Source of the DNA: Trichinella spiralis
Lineage: Eukaryota
DNA length: 50,919 nt
Direction: 5' to 3'
Assembly (NCBI RefSeq): GCF_000181795.1
Contig: NW_003526944.1
Location: 1,145,204-1,196,122, forward strand
Positions within the stretch are counted from its first letter, which is position 1, and the number at the start of each line of letters is the position of its first letter. This document shows, in pieces, positions 1-11,150 of this stretch. Made by a program: the position numbers and the translations under genes. The notes beneath the pieces are model-generated. The model made no database searches and was not told the DNA's origin. It saw only the letters and a program-made list of their open reading frames with translations.

Positions 1-54
1 AAAATTCAATTTTGTTTTATTCGACATCATTCTCACAACAATCACTCAACCAAC

Positions 55-1389
55 CCGCTCCAAATGAGCCACTGTGCTTGCTTCCGGAAGTGGCGGCTGC
101 CCTTGAAAAGGCTGAGATGGAGTTTGAGGGTATCCCTGTGTTGGCATCGGCGAAGCCACATTCATAGGCATGTTTGAACTGTATCCATAACCAGCAGCAG
201 GAGCCGACGGAGGTGTTTGAGCAGGATATCCTTGCTGATATTGCTGGTATGGATAAGCGGGTTGATTTGCATATGCCTGATTTGAATTGGCAGGACCAGG
301 CGGAATACTGGTCACATAAGACTGTTGCTGAGGCTAACAAAAAAATAATTTTTACTTCGTAATATATATAAGTCTGAACATTAAAAACTACCTAATAAGA
401 ACCAGGTTAAAATAAAATCTTTATAAATTTCATTTACTAAAACATAGCACATTTAAAAACTGATAAATATAATTATAATACAAAATTCTACAAATAATTA
501 TATTCATTACGTTGAAAACAATGAAGAAAATTCAACATTCAAAATTTAAATCAGAAATTGATTTTCAGGCAATTACAAACAAATGCGTACGACTGTTTAA
601 ATTTGACACATAACCTACTGTAGTTTTTGTTTTAAATTCCATTAAGCTGTAATTAATGAAAAAAGCATAATTTATAAAACAAATTATTATAATAACAATT
701 GTAGAATAAAATAATGAAAATTTATAAAAACATAAAATCAAAAAAAAAATATTCACTTCAACACAAGCTTTAAACTGTGTAACAAAAAATAATAACTGAA
801 GAAACTTTTAAAACTAAACTTCCCATTAAAAATTAATCAGATGGCACTATTATTACATTGATTTTTATTACATAAAAACGTATTAAAATAATTAAGATAA
901 AATATTCAACGAAATCACAGTTAAGACTAATATAACGTTTACATTCAAAGTCAAAAATTTTGAGAAAAAAACGGAAGCCCCCAAAAACAATCTACTTAGC
1001 ACATTTCATAAGTGCTCCTAACGCTAACCAAATAATGTTATAAACACTTTTCCTTACGTTTGGGTCCTGAGACATTCAATTCTGATAAACTTTTACAGAT
1101 AAACCAGAATGATACTTATTAACACTAAATGGTACGACAGCGACAAAACCAATACGAGTACAGAAATTGTAATTATATCAATTATTTCAAATTACAATAC
1201 CTGTGAATAAAAATTTTGCATTTGCACGGGACGACCCGAAGGTAACATCATGTTTGATTGGCCTTGGGGCGGATAGCACATGCCATATTCGCCCTGCGGA
1301 ATGCTCATGGAGCCATCTGGAGGTTCCATTTGGCGCATCATTCCAGCTCCTTCTTGTTGATAAGATTTATGAACAGAAATTCCTTCCAT
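55..1389 (-). CDS. 5' exons of a Gln/Pro/Tyr/Met-rich low-complexity protein, continuing off the left edge; identity uncertain (ARID1/osa-like N-terminus is only a guess)
   Basis: Exon ATG1389-~1201 (MEGISVHK...QNFYSQ|gtattg) and exon 333-55 (ag|PQQQSYVTSIPPG...HLER|gttggt) join in frame. Both are GC-elevated against an AT-rich background. No diagnostic domain lies in the window. Confidence 0.55.
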
Positions 1390-2454
1390 CACGTCGGCAT
1401 TGGAAACTCATATCAACCTTTCATTACCAAAAGAAAATAACAAAAAGCAAGTTCTATTGAATACAGAATAGTTGTCATACTGTAGGTATTGGAAATAAAA
1501 TTTTCATATTGTATTTAGCAATAAATTGTTTGCTTCATTTACAAAATAAAAAATAATATAGTAATCATTAAAAAATTTTAAATAATTTTTTAACGTTTTT
1601 CTGAAATATAAAACATTTTATTGTTAAAAATGTATTTGCATGATTGCAAGACATAATAAAAACAGCTGAAGTTATTTTATACATAATACTGAATCTTTTT
1701 TGTTTGCTCTTATTAATTAAAATGTTTTTAATTAAATAACTTTAAAAACAATTCAAAAAAATTTAAGCATGAAAGTTTAGAGATTTTTTTATGATACGTT
1801 TTCTTTTAATTTATTATTGCTGTTCATCATATTTCTAACATATTTTTCCTACTGATTTATTAATATTTGCTATTGATGTTAGAATTAAATTTCATCTGTG
1901 CAAATTTTTTCAGGTTGAATGCAGTGGCTGTTTTAAATTTGTATTTCATTATTTTTGCCAATAAAAGATTTTGAATTTCAAATAAAATGTAAATATTGTT
2001 ATATAATCATAAGTTTCAATAAATGATCTAAATATATCCTTATCACGTGACGGAAATGTTAATAATTCATTTCAGTTGTTGTTTTGTTAAATTGCATTTA
2101 TTCTTTCCATTTTCTTTTAATAAAACTTATAACTTGCAAATTGAAATTAATTTTATGTGCAAAAACCTTTTTTATATTTTGTTTTTGACTCCAATGTTTT
2201 AAATACTACCTGCTTTTTACCTGAATGATTACTGTAATGGTAGTTAAGATGTCCAATTTTTGCTTTTAGGATCTTATTTATTTTGTTTTCGATTTATACT
2301 TTTCATTTATTTATTATTTTAATCATAATTTAAACATTTATTGAGTTTCCTCTGCATGTTAAATAGAAAATTATTGTTTATTTATTATCTATAAAGTGTT
2401 TTTGCTATCTCAACAGTGTTAACATTTTAGTAGTGTTACATTTATCCAGTGAAA

Positions 2455-4243
2455 ATGTCCACAGATGTTACTGATTCAGAATTTGATGGTAATTTATGAT
2501 GTTTTTATGTTTGTCTTGAAATACACATGTTTTTTGTGCAGAAGATGCTATCAGTCAAACCGAAGGCGAAATCACTTACGATCGCCATTTGCCAGCTATG
2601 CATTTAGTAAGTTATTTTTCCAAAAATAATGCAGTACAATACTTATTTTTAATGTTTCTTATTATTTCACTTTTTATATTATTGTTTCTGCCTTTAATTT
2701 AGTATCTTGGTAACAATTTTATTGATGCATTCGGTAGCCGTTTGTTTTACGAGTACGATTCTATTCTGCGTGAAATTCCAATCGTTTTCGAAGAGAACGT
2801 TGTTTTCTGGCCTGGTCAGACGATTCCATTGTTCGCTACATCACCAGATACTTGTAAAGCATTGAAATATGCAATTAGAGTTCAACGATATCACGCTTTC
2901 ATCTGTCAGCATCAGCTGTTAGAATATTATTTATAATCTAGCAGTTTATTGAAATGTGTTTAGTTTATAGCGTTGAAAACATCTCTTGTTCAATAATTGC
3001 CCAGGTTTTGAGCTACAGAATTGCGAATGAAGATGGGGTAGAAATTGTTGCTGTCCGAGCAATTGGTCGACATCGTGTGCATATCGACAGCATCGAAACA
3101 ACGATATTTGAAAACACAGAGTTTGTTACTGCTTGCATTTTTGTATACGCGGTTTCGTATTAAGTTTGTGTTCTTTTAGCATTCTGATGGCAAGAGATGC
3201 GAAAATACTGATTGATTATGTTTCGAGAAATCCTCTCGATTACATTCGTTTGCCATCTTTGGATAGAATATTTCCCGGCAAGAGCGACGTTGAGTGGTCT
3301 GGTACCAGCAATACAAACACTTTTCCTATGGTAGAGGAATTCTTATTTATTAAGTTTTACAAATCATAATTTTTTTATAATAATATTTTGCAAACCTGTT
3401 TGAAGATGTCTCCTAATACTGCATTTGATTTGTAAAATTTCACTTCATAATAGGTTGAAAAGTTTTATGAATCGAAATTTACCACGATTCCAAAGTGGAT
3501 ACTTAATCGACTTGATTTGGTAAGATGTATTTTTCCATTACTTATTTGCAGCTGTTATTGCTTCGTAGAGTGTTCTGATCAACAACATTCTGGAGCATAC
3601 CAGAGATTGGTATAATACATTACCAATAACTAACTCTCCGATGGACGTGACCGATTTCAGCTTCTGGGTAGCTTCAATACTGCCTATTGAAGCTTTTCGG
3701 AAAATGAATTTACTACTAGTTTCTGACGCTCGGACTCGGCTTGAAAGAGTTTTGGCAATTCTTGAAAAAGTAATTTTTCTTCATCATTCCTAGCACATCA
3801 TATATATATATACATGTATCTGTACACATATATAGATGTATCATTACAATGAAATTGCTTGTGGATTGTGTGAAATAGACATTGGTAAGGTGGACGATAT
3901 AATCAGCATGTCTTCCAACGGACCGACAGGTGTTTATGTGAATACCGCGTCTTTCATGCACGAAATTGTAACACTGAAATCTGTTAGAAATATTGAAGAA
4001 AGTGGTCGCCCTAAAGGATCCTTCAGCTGGTTCCCAAAGTATACTTTTTACCAACTATTTAATATTGTATAGTAACCATTATTTTAAATTTTAAGTTATA
4101 AATGGAAATTGCTGGCGTGTTCAAATTGCGGCAATCATATTGGTTGGAAATTTATCACTTCTCTCACAAATATCTCTCCAAGTGTATTTTACGCTCTCAC
4201 TTTGCTTAAAGTAAGATGCGTCATTGATTCATCTTCTTATTGA
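2455..4243 (+). CDS. CRBN: Cereblon (LON-N domain plus CULT/thalidomide-binding domain), multi-exon
   Basis: YDRHLPAMH and VVFWPGQTIPL (LON-N); zinc pair CGLC...CSNC; YVNTASFMHEIVTL; spliced RPKGSFSWFPNYKWKLLACSNCGNHIGWKF aligns with human [30 protein letters not shown]; TGA at 4241-4243. Confidence 0.92.
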
Positions 4244-5230
4244 AAGAACGGTGCTTTTTAAAGTATTACGTAAATGTTCATCGTAGGTGAAAAGTGTCAT
4301 TTAGCGTAAAGTCGGTATTTCCAGTCTAAATGTTTTTCCCGACTTGTGAATCTGGATATATTTACAATAGTTTTAAAGTAAAATTTAAAGTTTCTGTTTA
4401 ACTTCGTTTTTTTTACTACATGATGACTACGCGAAACAGAAAAATCATAACTGGAAGACAGACAATAATTTCTCATATGAAAAGTATGCAAAAGCAAATT
4501 CTTCGAAATCTAAGACTTGTTAAATTTTATGGTATACTTGATTGATAATAATCGAAATAACGCACGAAATGAAACAACCTCGGAAGCTTATATTTTCCTG
4601 ATAGATGAATCATACATGAAAGTGCACACACGCTTTCCCATTCACAGCCAAATCACATTTGTTCACTAAAACGACCTACGCAAAATACAAAACAACCTTT
4701 GTAATGGTGAATCAGTTCATGAAATATTAGGATAAATGGAAACGTTGATTATAAATCATATTAATTTTATATGTTAATATTATATGCTAAGCTTGTATTT
4801 GAAACTGATAAAATATCAACAACAGTTAAAAATACAAACAAAGTGAGAAGTACCTGAGTTCAGTTTTCCTATACTGTTAAGAATTTCCATACAGTACATA
4901 CACACACAACTTCATACAACGTTTTTCGTTTCATTAAAGACTATGTACATGGAAGTAAATTCAGCTTGATAAATAAAGTCAATTTCAACGCACTTCAACC
5001 CAGAAGTTTTTAGAACTTTTTGAAAAAAGTTGAATACAAAATTGAAATAAAAGAAAAATAAATAAAAGGGGATAAACAGTTTCACGTAATTGAATGTATA
5101 ATCGTATTTAATTTAATAATTGAATTTACATTTAAAAAATAAACAAATAAAACTGACGAAGAAAACACTTTTTTAAAGTTGAGCAAACAATCAATATTTA
5201 CCTAAATTAAACTGCCTTGCCACTGCTACA

Positions 5231-5370
5231 TGAGTCATAACTGTTGAATAGCTGCTATTTTCTCTGGTGGAAATGAGTCATGTATATTCGGATATGAATG
5301 TTAAAATTTCAATTGAAAAAAATGATGAAATCAGTAACATCCACGCTGATAACAGTTGACAAATGAGTCA
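5231..5370 (+). promoter_or_regulatory. Cluster of three TGAGTCA (AP-1/bZIP-type) sites plus TGATAA GATA sites upstream of the acid phosphatase
   Basis: TGAGTCA at 5231-5237, 5274-5280 and 5364-5370, each preceded by A. CTGATAA near 5347 and 5375. Function is inferred only. Confidence 0.4.
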
Positions 5371-5626
5371 GCACTGATAATTTCATGCTTTAATACCTTA
5401 ACTGAATGAACACAACCTTCGTAACGGAAATTTAGTGAAAAGTCAAGCGCGATTTAATGAAATAATTAAATCAAACTAGTAGATAACCGGTCTAAAATAT
5501 TGCCTTTTCCATTGTATAAAATAAATAGATAGTGTTAAATGCAGATAAATATTTGTGAGATAAATAACATGTCTCTGAGGCAATTTAAAAGAGAACCGGA
5601 TGCGTGACAACAAAGAACTCTATAAA

Positions 5627-5696
5627 AATTCATCCAATCAGTGCATTTCGTTTAAAAGTTAATTCACCCAATCACTGCATTTCGTTTAGAAAAGGT
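5627..5696 (+). repeat. Imperfect ~34-bp tandem duplication, each unit containing CCAAT, right after TATAAAA (5621)
   Basis: aattcatccaatcagtgcatttcgtttaaaagtt followed by aattcacccaatcactgcatttcgtttagaaaaggt. Confidence 0.8.
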
Positions 5697-5766
5697 CCAT
5701 TTGGTTACGGTTCTCTTTTCAGTCTGTGATTTACTTTTTTCGTGCATCATTCTCTCACAGATCAAA

Positions 5767-7650
5767 ATGTTCACCACATTCACCTTGCGCCGATGGATTA
5801 CTTGTTATGCGGTACTTATCTGCTGTTTGATCAAAGCTCGGACAGTCAAAATTGAAAATACTTCTGAACTGATCTTCACACATGTGGTATATTTGTAAAT
5901 CCTTATTCTTATTTCTAATTTATACATGCTTGCAATTTCTACAGATATATCGACATGGTCATCGAAATCCACTGGGCACATATCCAAATGATCCATACAA
6001 AGAAGATGCATGGATAAATGGATATCGTCAACTGACACCGGTATGCTTTGTGTTTCTTCCTTCTCACAACTTGATGAAAAGATCTTTCGTTTTGCTGAAT
6101 AAAACTGATTTCATTAAAAAGCACCTTATTTATATGGATCATTTGAGCTATAATTGTGCAAATATTATAAACACCACCTTTTAAAATATAATTTAATGCA
6201 AATTTGATAATATGAGTCATGACTCCAATTTTACTAGTCAAATATTTGCTAACAATGAAAAACTGCAAAAATTCAGGACAGCTAAAATTACAACCTTGTA
6301 ACTCACATAAACAGCTTCACATCAATGAACAATCTCTATAACTAAAGCCAGTTGTTCATTATTAATTTATTGGATCCAATTTTCAGTATGGTTGTCAGCA
6401 GCTACATGAACTTGGACAGTATTTACGTAAACGTTACCAAAATTTGCTTTCAAACAACTACACTGCATCTGAGGTAAGCAGCAAACTGTATAAATAAATA
6501 TGAAAAACGAACCTTTCATTGAAAAAAAATTCAGATTTACGTTCGATCAACGGATACAGATCGAACTTTATGCAGTGCATCGTGTAATTTAGCGGGTCTG
6601 TTTCCACCGCATGGAAAACAAATTTGGAATCCCAGTGTTTTATGGCAGCCGATTCCAATTCACACGGTCAAAGGGAAAGAGGATTATGTAAGTGCCGTTT
6701 ATGAAAGTAATACAAGTACAAAAATCCTACATTTCTGCTTATACAGCTGTTGAAAAGAAGCGCCCCCTGCCCAAAATATGATGAAGTATTCAAAAAACAG
6801 ACGAAAAAAGTGATCAAGCAAATAAACACACTTTATACTGGCTTGTTTGAATACTTGACTCCGCTAACTGGATATAAGCATTTCAGCATTGAAAAAACTG
6901 CTCAACTGCATAATTCGTTGTCATTAGAGAAACAGGCTGGCATGAAACTGCCAGTGTGGACAGATGAAATTTGGCCAGATCCATTGTCAGGTACAATGAA
7001 ACCAATCATAGATATTCTGGAAAATTTAAAGCAAACCCACAAAATGCTGTTATTCAATTCACCGGAAAAAGCACGCCTCAAATTCGGTAAGTTGAACAAA
7101 AGTAATAAACAAAATAAGTTTTCCAATTTTCCTGTTCATGATGATGCTTTTTTGACTGTTTTTTTTTCATTCAACATAGGCTTCTTGGTTGGAACAATTG
7201 TAGAAGCAATGCGTGACAAGCTAAACAAGCCGTCATTTAAACCATCCAAAATGATAATGTATTCTGCCGTACGTTTCCAATCAACTGGTGCGTGCTATTT
7301 CGTCTAATGCTTTCATTTTATTACAGCATGAAGGTACACTGCTGGGTTTGATACATGCACTCAGCATATCACCAATCGTATATCCTCCATTTGCTGCTTG
7401 TTACATGATTGAATTATACAAAGATGCCAATGAAATACCGTTCGTTGAAATTCATTATCGCAATGGAAGTAATTCTGAAGCCAAGCCTGTACATATACCC
7501 GCTTGTGGCAACGGCTATCGATGTCCCTGGGAAATATTTCAAAAAGTTCTCGAACCGAATTCGATAAATTCGATCGAAGAAGTTCAACAAGCTTGCCAAA
7601 TACGCAATACATCTCTACCGAATTCAGTTATAAGAAAATTTAAAATTTAA
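5767..7650 (+). CDS. Histidine acid phosphatase, branch 2 (lysosomal/prostatic type), signal peptide, no C-terminal TM seen
   Basis: Hydrophobic N-terminus ([15 protein letters not shown]); RHGHRNP at 5951-5971; [48 protein letters not shown]. Confidence 0.9.
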
Positions 7651-8400
7651 AAGTCCACACTCATTACGATGCCACTGTTTTAAATCTATCTACATAAAAA
7701 ATTACAACTCACTAAGCTACAGTACGCCAACTTCTAATAATTGCATGATTCAAAAATACTTTAAATCTATTCCCAAATATTGTATCGCAACTTTTCTGTA
7801 TAATTCAATCAGTTATAATAAATCAATAAAATAATTCACTTTCATCATCACTTTTCAAAATGCATTTAAAACAACCTAAGATAAACAAAACGTGGCAACA
7901 GTATTAAACATTTTCCTTATCAGTTGTAAAGCTTAAATTCATTCGCCGTGAGAAAAGGAAAATAAATCTCATTTCCAATTTAACAATGAAAGCAAATGAC
8001 AATATCACCTAAGAATTTCCGCTAAAAGTAGCATTACAATAACTTTTTTACTTGCATTCAAATGTATACTGGTTCATCTATTGAAAAGCAGAAAAGTACC
8101 TCCCACGCTAATTATATTTAACAGTTTACATATGGAAAGCACAAGTGATTAAAAAAGAAAACGAAACCATAAAACCTTCACAAGGTTTTCATTAAAAATG
8201 AGCAAACATACAAGCAAAAGAAGAATAAACTGCACAGCACGCGGAACATGTTCACTACTATTGTTACAATTCACGCTGATCACTTATTGAATTTAACAGA
8301 TAAGCTTACTGAACAGATAGATGTAAATAAAAATTCTAGAATAACTGTTTAAATTTAAATTTCATTACAAGAAAATATCATACAAAATTTCAGTTCTGTT

Positions 8401-10265
8401 TCAATCATACTTTCTCAACGCAGCCAATCTCTCGGGAACAGGTGGGTGACTGAAATGCCAACAAGAATAAAGCCAATCATTGACTGGAAATGCCAGATTA
8501 TCTTGACTCAGCTTAATCAAACCAGATTGCAACAGTTTAGCATAACCCAGCTTTGCTGAAAAATCATCAGCTGCAAATTCAAGTTGACGACTCACGTAAG
8601 TATGAATCACGCCTAATACCTAAAAGCAGTATAAAAAATACTGAAACAATCGGATTAAACAAAATTAAATAATAATATGCTTACAACGTTGAGAGGTGCC
8701 AAAACAAAGTCGAAAATTATTATTAAACCTATAATAATGGGATAGTCATCGTAAAATCCAAATGCCATGTATAATTCAGTCTTCTTGTATAATAAAGCAA
8801 AAAGACCAAACTGAACAACCATATTGAACTAAATGGAAAAGTAAATAAATTATCTGAATAAATTAAAAACACTGTGACAAACTTCTGCCCAAATAATATT
8901 CATAACATTGTGCCAAAGTTTCCAATGTCCCAATTCATGCCCAAGCACGGCGACTACTTCGTCTATATTCATACCCATTTGTTTCAGTACTGGCTTTTCG
9001 TCTGCATTATTTCTCTCAGCATTAGCATCGTCTACTGATTCATCTTTTGGTAGACAATCATCCGCCAAAAGCGTGTCGTACAAGACTATTCGCTTGTTCT
9101 TCCAGAATCCATACAAATAAGCGTTACTGTGACCAGACCTTTTCGAACCTGAAAATTGATATACGGTAGAAATAAGAGGCGACATCATAAAAGCTAACCG
9201 TCAACGACGAAAATCTTCTTCAATGGATATTCTACTTTTCCCGCTAGCTGCTCCAGTCTAGTGCGTAATTCTCCTTCCGGCAAAGGTGTATATTTGTTGA
9301 ACAGCGGTGCTATATATTCCGGATAGATGGTCAGAAGAAGCTAAACAGCGAGCAAATTTTAATCATAACAGACGCTTCCTCCTATTATCACTTACGAAAG
9401 AGACAATAGTCAAAAAGATGATCACATAAACAAAAAACATACTGCCACCAACTTTTATGATAGCAATGAGTATAGCTATTACTGGCAAAGCAAGTACGGT
9501 CATTATAGCAATCTTTTTCAATTCATCACAGATGAATAATTTCATTGTCTGCAAATACAAGAAAAAATAAATAAGTATAAAATATCATCTAACAAACATA
9601 AATACCTGCTTATTAAAACCGTGACGTTCTTCTATAACAAAAGTACTGTAAACGGAGAATGGAAAATTGAATACTGTAGATATTATGAATGTTGTGAATG
9701 AAAAAACCACTGACTGAATAATCTAAAGCAAAAACGTAACCAATTTAGGTCAAGATTAAGAAACCTTTTTACCTCTCCGTCAGTCCCCATTTTTGTGCAT
9801 ATAGTGCCACAGAACGCCCACATTTTAGGAATCATATTGAGCAGTAAAATAACCTAAAAAGCGCTGCATCACCTCAAATTATCAGAACTGTAATTTATTT
9901 TGTTAACTACCGTAATTGCAAGCTGGTCCACAGTCGAAGTGAGAAAACTAAACCGTGCCTTATCAAGCTTATACAGTCGTGCCTTTTGGAACTGCTCGTC
10001 GTTCAAAATTTCACCCAGGCCCTCCGGAGTTTCGGTGCAATTTCGCTGAGTACGGTACTAAATAATGATTTAAAAAGATAAATAGCATTTATTGAATAAA
10101 ATAATAACATTATACTTGACGAATTGACAGGTACAGATCCCACAAATAGATTATCCAGTGCACAGTGAAGAAAGCGTAGAACAATATTTCGGGAAAAGCA
10201 TATTTTTCTGACTGCTGATTGAGATTACTCAGAGTTTCTTCAGATTGCATTGCTTCCGCGAACAT
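8401..10265 (-). CDS. ZMPSTE24: CAAX prenyl protease 1 (Ste24/FACE-1, peptidase M48), multi-exon
   Basis: [71 protein letters not shown] (HEXXH); [20 protein letters not shown]. Confidence 0.95.
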
Positions 10266-11150
10266 TGCCAGATATTACAGAAGTAAAAAATATCTATAAC
10301 ATACCACAGCAAAATTTTAAGAAAACGTGAATTTCATAAATCATTTACTGGTCACCCATGACAAGTAAAATTATGCACAATGTTAAATAATAACATGCAA
10401 TTGTCAAAAAATAAATTTATTACGTTATGGAATTTATCATAAAATAGTATTTTTGCTTAATTACAACTAGTAAACGTTCATAGAAAGGCAGCAAATTATA
10501 TTCCATTCTCTTTTTCCCGTCATACCCTACTTTTATAAATAAAAAGCTAGCCAGATTTTACAAATCAATTACAGATATGTTTTTCGGAAATGCCGTTAAC
10601 TGCTAATCATTATTTTTACAGATTCTATTTGAAAATTAACAAAAACAAATTCTGCAGCGACAATTCTTCAAAATATGAAAATATTTGAAATAAAACGATT
10701 CGAGAACATTTGCATTTTTAGAAAAACAGTGTTGTTCGCAGAATTGAAAATTGTAAGAATATATGGTTTTAAATTTAAAAATAATAAAGAAAAACATTAA
10801 AATGAAGCAAATAAATGTAAATACATTACCACTTTCAAAGAAATATTAAAGTGAAAAATAGCTGACAACACGAACTCACAACCTACAGTATACCAATTAG
10901 ATACAGTTGAAAAATTTAATAGTACCAATTTTAAAAAAATACTGATAATTAATTAAAACATCTTTTACGAGTATCAATTGTAAAAATATTTTTTTAACAA
11001 ATAAATTTAGAAATACACAATTTCAACAATAATTATTATTTGACGTTACTTTAAATCTATTTTTATACTGTAATTTGTGTAATGTGTATTCGTTTGGAAA
11101 TTTCAAAATGAATACTATATATTAAAATGATTAAATAGTGATATTTTGAA

